Assembly (NCBI GenBank): GCA_012522635.1
Contig: JAAYKA010000016.1
Span: 1,290 to 65,289, forward strand
From: Candidatus Cloacimonadota bacterium
Lineage (GTDB): Bacteria > Cloacimonadota > Cloacimonadia > Cloacimonadales > Cloacimonadaceae
Reading direction: 5' to 3'
Length of the DNA stretch: 64,000 bases
The position numbers were made by a program, and so were the translations under genes. Shown here piece by piece: positions 8,196 to 16,181 of the stretch (its first letter is position 1; the number at the start of each line of letters is the position of its first letter). The notes under the pieces are model-generated. The model had not been told where the DNA came from. It saw nothing but the letters and a program-made list of their open reading frames with translations, and made no database searches.

Positions 8196-9985
8196 CAGAA
8201 ATGCGCTCCCAGGCTCACGGAACAGCGCCAATCCAAGTCGTTCAAATTGCTGCCAACCGGGTTTAGTGAAAATTCCAGTAGTGAACTTTCGTTGAACTGC
8301 CAAGCAAGCCCGAACAGGACGCCATATTCGGTCCAGGTTCCCCAACTGTAGCGAGGTTGAATGATGTAGTAGAGGCTGTTTATATCGTGTTTGAAGCTCA
8401 ATCCGGCGGTGTAGCGGTCGTTTTTGAAATTGATTGCGTAGGCGTCTTGGTCAAAATCCGCATATTCATTGTGTTCGAAACCGAAGCTAAGGTCTGCCAC
8501 GAACGCGGAGCCGTCACCGCTCCTGTAAGGCAATAGCAGCCAGCGTCTATCCTGAGAACGGGCTGCGTAAGGAAAGCTGTCGAAAACGAGTTTATATTCA
8601 ACTTCAAGCTGGCGGTAAAAGGTTTGTGGTGCAGTTCCGAAGCGGTATTGGGTGTAATCCGCCCGAACCTGATAGTGTTGGTTGAAAAGCAGTCTGTCGC
8701 CCACCAATAGGGCAATTTCGGGGGTCAAAACATAAGTGGAGGTTTGTTTGCAGTTCGCGGAAAGAAGGCTGTCCAGATAAACATCGTCGGTGAGATTCCA
8801 AAAAGCGTGGACTCCCAGCTTGAGGCGGTCCTTCCAATAGTGGGCGTTTCCCAGGCTCAAACGTGTGTGCCGCAGGTCGTTGTCCCAGCGGTTTCCATCA
8901 TCGGGGAAAGTGTTGCGCTGAAGGTCGAGATTGAAGCCAGCCGAGAGGGTGTCTCCATCGATGTATTCCCATTTCAAAATGGAATTTAAGGTTCGGTTTT
9001 CGGAGTGACGTGTGTTTTGACCGCTGCTGAAACGCTTTAATCCGTAATAATGGGCGAACGAATTCTCCCAGGCGAGGCTGTTAATAGGCTCCAGCTTCAG
9101 GGATAGCGAACTTTGGTTGTTGAGGTCGCTGCTGTTTCTCGCTGTGCTTTGGCTGAGTTCAACATTGCGTTTGCCAAAGCTTTCCTGAAGTTCCAGGGTC
9201 AGAAATGCCCAGGGAAGATATTCCAAGATTGCGTTGTAGGTGAGGTTTCCGCGTTTTTGGGAGTCCTTGAATTCGTAAAAACCCCTGCCGCCATCGCCGG
9301 ATAAAAGTTCGTAAATATCATCTTCCTGGCTGCCCAGACTGAAGTTGTTGTTGATGACCAGCTTGGGGCTGTGATGGTTAAAAAAGAGGTTCAGACCGGC
9401 GTTTTGCTGGCTTTCCCAATCCATTTTTTTGCGTTCGTAGCTCAGATTCACTCCGGTCCAACTGTTCCACAATTCCATCGAAGCCTGAGCGCGCGCGTGT
9501 CCCTGCCAGCCATCGCTGTTAAGCTTGGCGTCCTGGATGTAGCGGTCTTCTTCAGAGCGGATTAAACCTTTGGCACCAAATTCGAAACTGAGGCTGTCCA
9601 AGGGTGAAAATTCCAGCCAGTAGCCCAAATATCCGGTTTTGCTGCGGTATGGGTTGAGGTCGGCTTCCAGTTGGCTGGAATCCTGTAGATAGTCAAAGCC
9701 AGAAGTCAAGCCGTGAAGCAGCCAGCCGCGTTGGAGGGCAAAATCCAAACCCAAGAGGGCTTGCCGGCTGTTTTGGGAAAAATTGAGCCGTTTTTCACTG
9801 TGGTTTTGCGCTTTGATTTGAAGCTGAGACTCCGCGAAGGGCTGCATTTGATACAAAAAATTGCTGTCCGTTTCGCGCGAACTTCTCCCGCTGGAAAGAC
9901 CAAATTCCAGAAGATTGGTCTGCGCCATTAAAAGCCCGGGCAAAATGCTAAAGAAGATCAGCCAGAGCGATGAATTCTTCTTCAT
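8195..9985 (-). CDS. outer-membrane beta-barrel protein, unknown family
   Basis: The start is set at MKKNSSLWLIFFSILPGLLMAQ (signal peptide). The protein shows an alternating beta-strand pattern and a C-terminal ...SLGAHF. The track ORF extension to 10246 lies inside rsmA. The gene overlaps the rsmA 3' end by 38 nt. Confidence 0.6.
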   Translation of the reverse strand: MKKNSSLWLIFFSILPGLLMAQTNLLEFGLSSGRSSRETDSNFLYQMQPFAESQLQIKAQNHSEKRLNFSQNSRQALLGLDFALQRGWLLHGLTSGFDYLQDSSQLEADLNPYRSKTGYLGYWLEFSPLDSLSFEFGAKGLIRSEEDRYIQDAKLNSDGWQGHARAQASMELWNSWTGVNLSYERKKMDWESQQNAGLNLFFNHHSPKLVINNNFSLGSQEDDIYELLSGDGGRGFYEFKDSQKRGNLTYNAILEYLPWAFLTLELQESFGKRNVELSQSTARNSSDLNNQSSLSLKLEPINSLAWENSFAHYYGLKRFSSGQNTRHSENRTLNSILKWEYIDGDTLSAGFNLDLQRNTFPDDGNRWDNDLRHTRLSLGNAHYWKDRLKLGVHAFWNLTDDVYLDSLLSANCKQTSTYVLTPEIALLVGDRLLFNQHYQVRADYTQYRFGTAPQTFYRQLEVEYKLVFDSFPYAARSQDRRWLLLPYRSGDGSAFVADLSFGFEHNEYADFDQDAYAINFKNDRYTAGLSFKHDINSLYYIIQPRYSWGTWTEYGVLFGLAWQFNESSLLEFSLNPVGSNLNDLDWRCSVSLGAHF

Positions 9986-10721
9986 CAAGTGTCTCCGCGC
10001 GACGGGAAAGATTGATGCCGCTTTGAAGCTCCAGGTTTTGGACGGCTTCTTTGCCATGGATGGGTAACAGGTTGTTGCGCAAGGTTTTGCGACGGTGTGA
10101 AAAAGCTGCGTCGATGAGCCTGAGATACTTTTCCACATCCTTAATCTGCGGTTTTGAGGCTCTGGTTCGCAAATTGATGACGGCTGAATCGACCTTGGGG
10201 ACGGGTTCGAAGTTCTCGCGTCCCAGTTCAAAAAGAAGTTCGGCATCGAAGATGCGTTTCAGGCGCAGGGTCATCACTCCGTAGGCTTTGCTTCCCGGCT
10301 TGGCACAGATGCGTTGTGCCAGCTCTTTTTGCAGCATGAGAGTGATGGAATCAAAAGCCTGGTGGTTTTCCTCCAGTTTCTTCAAGAGGGGAGAGCTGAT
10401 GTGGTAGGGTATATTCGCCACCAGTTTGAGGGAAGCTCCGGCTTTCTCGATTTCCCGCTTCCAATCCAGCTTCAGGATATCCGCAAAAATAAAGCTGACC
10501 TTATCTCCGAATTCTTTTCGCAAAGGCTGCTCTAATCTGCTGTCAAGCTCGATGGCGCGAACGAAAACCCCGGTTTTTAAAAGCGCCCGGGTGAGAATGC
10601 CCTGTCCCGGTCCAATCTCCCAAACCAAGTCACCTGCCTGAACTCCAGACATTTCCACAATCTTTTCCGCGATGGTGGGTTCTATCAGGAAGTTTTGACC
10701 GAGTGCTTTTAGTGGTCTCAT
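9948..10721 (-). CDS. rsmA: 16S rRNA (adenine1518/1519-N6)-dimethyltransferase
   Basis: 257 aa with LGQNFL, the EIGPGQGILT SAM motif and NIPYHISSP. Confidence 0.9.
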   Translation of the reverse strand: MRPLKALGQNFLIEPTIAEKIVEMSGVQAGDLVWEIGPGQGILTRALLKTGVFVRAIELDSRLEQPLRKEFGDKVSFIFADILKLDWKREIEKAGASLKLVANIPYHISSPLLKKLEENHQAFDSITLMLQKELAQRICAKPGSKAYGVMTLRLKRIFDAELLFELGRENFEPVPKVDSAVINLRTRASKPQIKDVEKYLRLIDAAFSHRRKTLRNNLLPIHGKEAVQNLELQSGINLSRRAETLDEEEFIALADLL

Positions 10722-10730
10722 ATTTTGGGA

Positions 10731-10771
10731 TAAAAAAACAGATCACCCAAAGAACCATCCCAGGGCGATCT
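10731..10771 (-). terminator. rho-independent terminator after the small zinc-ribbon gene
   Basis: The minus strand reads AGATCGCCC-(loop)-GGGTGATCT, a 9-bp stem with one G-U pair, followed by GTTTTTTTA. Confidence 0.55.
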
Positions 10772-10797
10772 GAAGTGTTTTGAAAGGGCTGGAAGCC

Positions 10798-10977
10798 TTA
10801 GGCGCCCAGACGTGTGGCGGCAATGTGGCGACAGTTTTTGCAAACCTTCACGGTTTGTTCGCCCACTTTGACCTCGTTGAGCAGCTTAATCCCGCTGCGA
10901 TTGCAAACCGGGCACTCACCGCGACCGCGGTTGGGAAGGTTTTTTACGCCTTTTCCACGACGGTTGTCTTTGGACAT
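10798..10977 (-). CDS. 59-aa basic zinc-ribbon protein (below the ORF-track size cutoff)
   Basis: Hand translation gives MSKDNRRGKGVKNLPNRGRGECPVCNRSGIKLLNEVKVGEQTVKVCKNCRHIAATRLGA. An AAGGAGA SD lies 6 nt upstream, there are two CxxC pairs, and it has its own terminator. Confidence 0.6.
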   Translation of the reverse strand: MSKDNRRGKGVKNLPNRGRGECPVCNRSGIKLLNEVKVGEQTVKVCKNCRHIAATRLGA

Positions 10978-11065
10978 ATCTATTCTCCTTGCTTCATTTT
11001 CATCGTAAAATTCAGTTGTTCAAACCATAAAAACACAGGCGGCTCTCGCGTCAACTTTTATTTGA

Positions 11066-11101
11066 TAAAAAAGGCGGGTCCATCCGCAAAGACAGACCCG
11101 C
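11066..11101 (-). terminator. rho-independent terminator after the cupin gene
   Basis: The minus strand has a GCGGGTC...GACCCGC 7-bp stem followed by CTTTTTTAT. Confidence 0.5.
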
Positions 11102-11116
11102 TTCATCCAAAAAGGC

Positions 11117-11512
11117 TTAACAGTTGTCCGCGGATTCGTCCGCGAAGGGATTGGCAGATTTCTTTGGTGCCGACTGTTCGTGGGGTATAATGCAGAGGAA
11201 TTTTAAGAGTTCGTCACCGGTGTTTTTGAAGGAATGACGCATGCCGGGATCCACAAAAATGGCGTCGCCTTCGGCAAAGGGCTTGTCTCCTTCATCTGTT
11301 TGCAGCGTGCCTTTTCCGCTGACCACGAAGGCTTCATGTTCCCAATCGTGGATGTGGAAAGGTGTGTGACCGTTGGGTTCGACCTCGAAGATGCGCAGGG
11401 CAAAATTAGGCGCGCCGTCTTTTTGGGCAATCAACCAACGCATTTTTGTGTTTCTGGCGCCTTCTGCGTTCACGGGCACCAAATCTTCCTGAGTGTAGTG
11501 GACAATCTTCAT
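11117..11512 (-). CDS. cupin-domain protein
   Basis: 131 aa with the cupin motif HTPFHIHDWEHEAFVVSGKG ... GDAIFVDPGMRH. An AAGGAGA SD is present. Confidence 0.75.
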   Translation of the reverse strand: MKIVHYTQEDLVPVNAEGARNTKMRWLIAQKDGAPNFALRIFEVEPNGHTPFHIHDWEHEAFVVSGKGTLQTDEGDKPFAEGDAIFVDPGMRHSFKNTGDELLKFLCIIPHEQSAPKKSANPFADESADNC

Positions 11513-11612
11513 TGATGTCTCCTTATTTTCATTTAATCATTTTAAGATAATAATAATCGAAAAACAGCCTTGTCCAAAGGAAAAGGCCAGGTTTTATTCC
11601 CAAATAATATGC

Positions 11613-12743
11613 TCAAGAGAAATCAGGATAGGCGATGATTTCGATATCCTCACCGCTTTTTCGGGTGGAGAGCTTGCGCAAGGAAATGGCTTGGGAGATG
11701 TTCGGTAAATCCAGTTCGGAGAGTATGCCTCTTTCACCACCAATCAGCTTGGGCGCAAGAAAGATGTGGATTTTATCAACCAGACCCTGGGCGAAAAATG
11801 AGGACGCCAAATTGCTGCCGGATTCCAATAAAACCTGGCTGTGTCCGAGTTCGAAAAGCTGTTTTAAGACCTGGTTTAAATCCAAACCAACGTCTCCGAC
11901 CGTGACAGGGAAGACTTTCAATCCCAGCTTTTTCAAGGTCAAGGCTTTTTCTGTGTTTTCCATCCCGTTTATACAGAAAACGGAAGTGGGGATATTCTGG
12001 GCAGTTTTTGCCAGTTTTGAATCCAGAGGCAATCTCAAACCCGGGTCCAGAACACAGCGCAGCGGCTGGTGGCGTGATTTTGGGAGGCGAACATTGAGCA
12101 TCGGGTCATCCGCCAAAACGGTTCCAATCCCGGTTAGAACCACATCCGAAGCCTCTCTCAAACGATGGACTCTTTTGCGGGAAATCTCTCCGCTAATCCA
12201 GCGGGATGAGCCATCCTGAGCGGCGTATTTTCCATCCAGAGAAAGCGCCGCCTTCCAGATTACAAAAGGCCTTTTCTTTAAAACCCGACAAAGGTAGGAT
12301 TCGAACTGAGTTTCGATTTTCGGCGCCATAAACCCTGTCACAACTTCGATTCCAGCCTCCCGGAGCCGCGAAACACCCCGTCCGTTGACAAGCGGATTGG
12401 GGTCCAAAATGCCGATGAAAACACGCTTGATTCCCGCCGCGATGATGGCTTTGGTGCAGGGTGGCGTTTTTCCCTGATGTGAACAGGGTTCCAGGGTGAC
12501 ATACATCTCGGCGCCACGGGCGTTTTTACCCGCCATTTTGAGAGCCTGAATTTCCGCGTGGTCGCTTCCATATTCCTGGGTCCAGCCTTCACCAATCACC
12601 TTGCCGTTTTTCACCAACACCGCGCCCACAAAAGGATTCGGCGAACAAAGCCCTCTGGCGTTTTCTGCCAGACGCAAGGCTCGTTTCATGAACCCCAAAG
12701 CTTCAGCCGGGATAGCGTTCAAGGTTTTTTTGGGCGGCTTCAT
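11613..12743 (-). CDS. ribD: bifunctional riboflavin-biosynthesis deaminase/reductase
   Basis: 376 aa with HAEIQAL ... PCSHQGKTPPC in the deaminase domain and a C-terminal RibD_C-like reductase. An alternative start at 12689 (MKRALRLAE) would remove the 41-nt overlap with the upstream gene. Confidence 0.9.
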   Translation of the reverse strand: MKPPKKTLNAIPAEALGFMKRALRLAENARGLCSPNPFVGAVLVKNGKVIGEGWTQEYGSDHAEIQALKMAGKNARGAEMYVTLEPCSHQGKTPPCTKAIIAAGIKRVFIGILDPNPLVNGRGVSRLREAGIEVVTGFMAPKIETQFESYLCRVLKKRPFVIWKAALSLDGKYAAQDGSSRWISGEISRKRVHRLREASDVVLTGIGTVLADDPMLNVRLPKSRHQPLRCVLDPGLRLPLDSKLAKTAQNIPTSVFCINGMENTEKALTLKKLGLKVFPVTVGDVGLDLNQVLKQLFELGHSQVLLESGSNLASSFFAQGLVDKIHIFLAPKLIGGERGILSELDLPNISQAISLRKLSTRKSGEDIEIIAYPDFS

Positions 12744-13878
12744 AGGTTGGTGCCGTTTTCAGGATATCCAGCCAGATTTGACGGGCTTTTTCCACATTAC
12801 CCAGTCCCGCTTCGCAGGCTGCCAGGTTGTTTTTCACATTCAGGTCGTTGGGGCGTTCTTCATGGAGCCAGGTGAGCAAATCCTTGGCTGGCTGAAGTTT
12901 GCGTTCGGTGAGATAGAGCGCGGAAAGCGACAGTCCCGCCGCGTAAAAATGGTTATCCAGCGCCAGGGCGTCTAAAAAATCTTCACGAGCTTTGTTGAAA
13001 TCCTTTTCAAACTGCCAGGAAAGAGCGCGATAATAGTAAAGGTCTGCACAGTCGGGATATAAATCCATATTTTGCCTTAAAAGCTCCCTCGTCTGCTCAG
13101 TTTTGCCATTTGCCAAAAGCTCTGCCAGGTCTTGAAAAAGCTTGTTTTGCTCATAGAAAAGGTGGGGACCGCCGTTATAGCTCTGGCGGATTTTCCACTC
13201 TCCACTTGCGGCGGAAAGCAGGATAGCCCAGAGTTTTTTACGATTCAACTCCAAAACCACCATCGCGCTGATGCCATCGTCTGCCGCGCCGGCGTGTAAA
13301 ACCTGATAACTGCGCAGTTTTTTGAGATCAGTTATTTTACTGATGATGGTTTGGTAACGCTTTGCCAGCTCCGGATTATCAACGTCATTATGCGTCATCG
13401 AGCGCAGTTTTTCCAAGTCATACGCGATGACCGCGTCCAAGAAATCAAAACTGACCGTTTCCGGGCTGGCCGGTTCATCAATAGGCTCGTGAGGCAAGCC
13501 AAGTTTTTCCAAAAGATAAGCCATGGGAAAGTTTGCCGGAAAGCTATATTTCGCCAGCCAAGCCATGACTCTATCTTTATCCTGAGCTGCGAGTTCCGCG
13601 GGGTTTTGGCCATCCAATTCCTCTTGGTTTTTATATATCCAAAGGTCGATGTATCTGGTGACAGTCTGCATGAATTCTGTGTTTGAATCCGCTCGAAAAG
13701 TGGGGAAGGGGCTGTCTCCATCCGCTTTTACGGCATAGGGACAATCTTGAGGACAGCGCGAATCCACCCTCAGTTCCAGACAGCATTTCCAGCCAATCAC
13801 CTTGTTTTTAAACCGTGGACATTGGCGCACACCGCGCTCTGCCCGACATTTGAAGCAGCGTTGATGTCCCAAAAGCAT
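12703..13878 (-). CDS. TPR-repeat protein with Cys-rich N-terminus
   Basis: 391 aa. The N-terminus has a CFKC...C...CC...C...C cluster and the C-terminal half has TPR-like repeats (YYYRALSWQFEKDFNKAREDF...). The start overlaps the nadE stop by 1 nt. Confidence 0.6.
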   Translation of the reverse strand: MLLGHQRCFKCRAERGVRQCPRFKNKVIGWKCCLELRVDSRCPQDCPYAVKADGDSPFPTFRADSNTEFMQTVTRYIDLWIYKNQEELDGQNPAELAAQDKDRVMAWLAKYSFPANFPMAYLLEKLGLPHEPIDEPASPETVSFDFLDAVIAYDLEKLRSMTHNDVDNPELAKRYQTIISKITDLKKLRSYQVLHAGAADDGISAMVVLELNRKKLWAILLSAASGEWKIRQSYNGGPHLFYEQNKLFQDLAELLANGKTEQTRELLRQNMDLYPDCADLYYYRALSWQFEKDFNKAREDFLDALALDNHFYAAGLSLSALYLTERKLQPAKDLLTWLHEERPNDLNVKNNLAACEAGLGNVEKARQIWLDILKTAPTYEAAQKNLERYPG

Positions 13879-14648
13879 TATTTCATCTCCAAGGAAGGTG
13901 GCAAAACGCGTTTGAACGCCGTGGCTTTCACCATTTTAGCCACAGTTTCATATATTTGGCGGGGAAACTTCAAGTTCTCATCAGGGGTATTTTCCAAAAC
14001 TGAAGTCTCCAAAAAATCCAAAACCTCGTCCAAAACAGGATAAGTGAAACCCAGGTCTTCTTCGTCGGATTGACCTTCCCAGAGGTCTGCGCTGGGCGCT
14101 TTGTTAATAATTTGCTGCGGGATTCTCAAAAGCTCAGCAAGTTTCGCCACCTCTGTTTTATAAAGATGCGCGATGGGCTCGAAAGCACAGGCGGCGTCGC
14201 CAAACAAGGTGAAATAGCCAACCATGATTTCGCTGCGATTTCCCGTTCCCATCACCAGCGCCCGGTGTTTGGCGCTGAGGTCAAAAAGAACACACATCCT
14301 CATGCGTGCCAGCCAGTTACCCTTGCGAGCGCGGTCAGCCTGAGGCTCATGAAGCTCGAAATAGGCGTCTGTCATGGCGGTGAGGTCGATGTTATAGCTT
14401 TGAATGCCAAGTGTTTGCACCATCAGGTCTGCGTGTTCCAAGGAAGCCGAGGCGCTGTTTTTATAGGGTAAAATCGCCGCTATCACGTTCTCCGCGCCCA
14501 GGGCTTCAACCGCCAAAGCTCCAGCCACAGCGGAATCCAAGCCTCCGGAAAGCCCAAACACTATTTTGTTGAATCCAGCTTCTTTGAGGTAGGAGCGGAT
14601 GAATTCAACGCTTCTTTTTCTTTCTATATTCAAATCCAATTTACGCAT
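13878..14648 (-). CDS. nadE: NH3-dependent NAD+ synthetase
   Basis: 256 aa with the PP-loop GLSGGLDSAV. No glutaminase domain is present. Confidence 0.9.
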   Translation of the reverse strand: MRKLDLNIERKRSVEFIRSYLKEAGFNKIVFGLSGGLDSAVAGALAVEALGAENVIAAILPYKNSASASLEHADLMVQTLGIQSYNIDLTAMTDAYFELHEPQADRARKGNWLARMRMCVLFDLSAKHRALVMGTGNRSEIMVGYFTLFGDAACAFEPIAHLYKTEVAKLAELLRIPQQIINKAPSADLWEGQSDEEDLGFTYPVLDEVLDFLETSVLENTPDENLKFPRQIYETVAKMVKATAFKRVLPPSLEMK

Positions 14649-14699
14649 GTATGTCTCCTAAAATATTATCGTTTCCGGTGGCTGTGTCTGTCCATCAAA

Positions 14700-16172
14700 C
14701 TAATCCAAAGGCAGCCAACGAAAGGCTAAACGCAAGCCAAGTCCAGACTCTGGAAGAACACCCGGGGCTGGGTATTTTGTGTCGAAAAGGTTTTCCAGAC
14801 TCACGCTGAGGCGAAGGTCGGGAAGAAGTGGCCAGGTGAAGCCAAAACTGAGGTCAAACACATTGGGAAGTGACTGTCCGCTTTCGTCTTGGCTCAGCCA
14901 GCGCTGGTTCAAGGACGTCCAAATATCCAGCTCTTTCAGCGCATAGGAAGCCTGGGTTTTCGCTTTCAAGCGTGGAGAATATGGCCTGACACCCCAAGTA
15001 TCGGTTTTGAGCCATTGAAGGTCAAGGGCTAAATCTTGGTCGAGACGACAGCCTTTAATGTTCAAACCTGCTTCACCGCTCAATTTCCAGCCAAAAACTC
15101 TGGCTTGGCGCAAAAAAGCCTGAGACTCGGAAGCGTAAACATCAGGCTGGTTATAGGAAAAACGAAGGTTTTGACCCAAACCAGCGTGGCGGAGTAAGGT
15201 TCCATTCCCGATTTTCCAAGCCTGCAGATACAAATCCAGAGGCTTCATTTCGAGCCGGGGTCGCGAAGGAAGATAGACCCAGGGCAAAGTTTCGGAAACT
15301 TCATGCCGGGAAAAGGCTTTAATCTCGGTTTTATTCCCCATTTCCAGATACTTGCCGCCGGGGAAAATCAACCTTTTGTGAACATCCAAAGCGGGTAGAA
15401 TATGGTGAAAATCTGTCATCAAACCCAGGTCAAATCTGGGAAGCCAGTCTTGAAGCCAAGGCGCGCGATATTGAAGCGCCAATCCCAATTCCCTTTCCTG
15501 AAAAACAATACGATTGGCGAAGCTCTGTCCCTCAAAACGCTGAATGTGCGAATGATTTAAGCCGAGGTTAAAACTGGAAAAGCTTTCTTCATAAAGGTTT
15601 TGGGATGTTTTTTCCAAACTCAAACGGGAACGGACATCATTAAAATCCACAGTGCCCAAATCGATGGATTCGAAGTTCTTTTGGGTGGAATAGGAATATG
15701 TTTCCCCCGTGAAGGCAGCGGTTTGGCTCTTTTGAAAGCTAAATTGATGCTGGGAAGGCAGGATTTCACCGCTGCGGGTGTTGATGCCCAAAGCAAGCGC
15801 TGAACGATAATAATCTGTGGCGGGTACAGAAAAATCCCCATCCAGCCTCCAGAAGCTAAGGAAGTGATTTTTTGGACGCTGGCTGAAGCTAAGCGATGTC
15901 CGCACAGAGGTATCCATATCCAGTTCCAGACGGTAGGGATGCCGGGTTCCCGCTTGAGGTTTGGGTGGGTTGTGACGCAGGGAATAAACCGCCGGGATTT
16001 GGGGTAAAAGACTGTCTGGAACTGCTTTCTGGGGGAAAGACACGGGTTTTTTGGGAAATGGCGCCAAAAGCGAGCCTTCGGAGCGGATTTCCAAGGATGG
16101 CAAAACATAAGTCTGAGCCACAAGCGACAGGCAGGCAAACAAGAATAGCGGAAATAATAAAATCTTACGCAT
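14700..16172 (-). CDS. outer-membrane beta-barrel protein with TonB-dependent-receptor-like C-terminus, no obvious plug
   Basis: 490 aa with a signal peptide (MRKILLFPLFLFACLSLVAQ) and a C-terminus ...LENLFDTKYPAPG...LRLAFRWLPLD. Confidence 0.5.
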   Translation of the reverse strand: MRKILLFPLFLFACLSLVAQTYVLPSLEIRSEGSLLAPFPKKPVSFPQKAVPDSLLPQIPAVYSLRHNPPKPQAGTRHPYRLELDMDTSVRTSLSFSQRPKNHFLSFWRLDGDFSVPATDYYRSALALGINTRSGEILPSQHQFSFQKSQTAAFTGETYSYSTQKNFESIDLGTVDFNDVRSRLSLEKTSQNLYEESFSSFNLGLNHSHIQRFEGQSFANRIVFQERELGLALQYRAPWLQDWLPRFDLGLMTDFHHILPALDVHKRLIFPGGKYLEMGNKTEIKAFSRHEVSETLPWVYLPSRPRLEMKPLDLYLQAWKIGNGTLLRHAGLGQNLRFSYNQPDVYASESQAFLRQARVFGWKLSGEAGLNIKGCRLDQDLALDLQWLKTDTWGVRPYSPRLKAKTQASYALKELDIWTSLNQRWLSQDESGQSLPNVFDLSFGFTWPLLPDLRLSVSLENLFDTKYPAPGVLPESGLGLRLAFRWLPLD

Positions 16173-16181
16173 AATCTGCCT

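Noticed and set aside
12744-12800. FMN riboswitch expected upstream of ribD.
   Set aside because: ribD overlaps or abuts the upstream TPR gene, so there is no untranslated leader that could hold a riboswitch.
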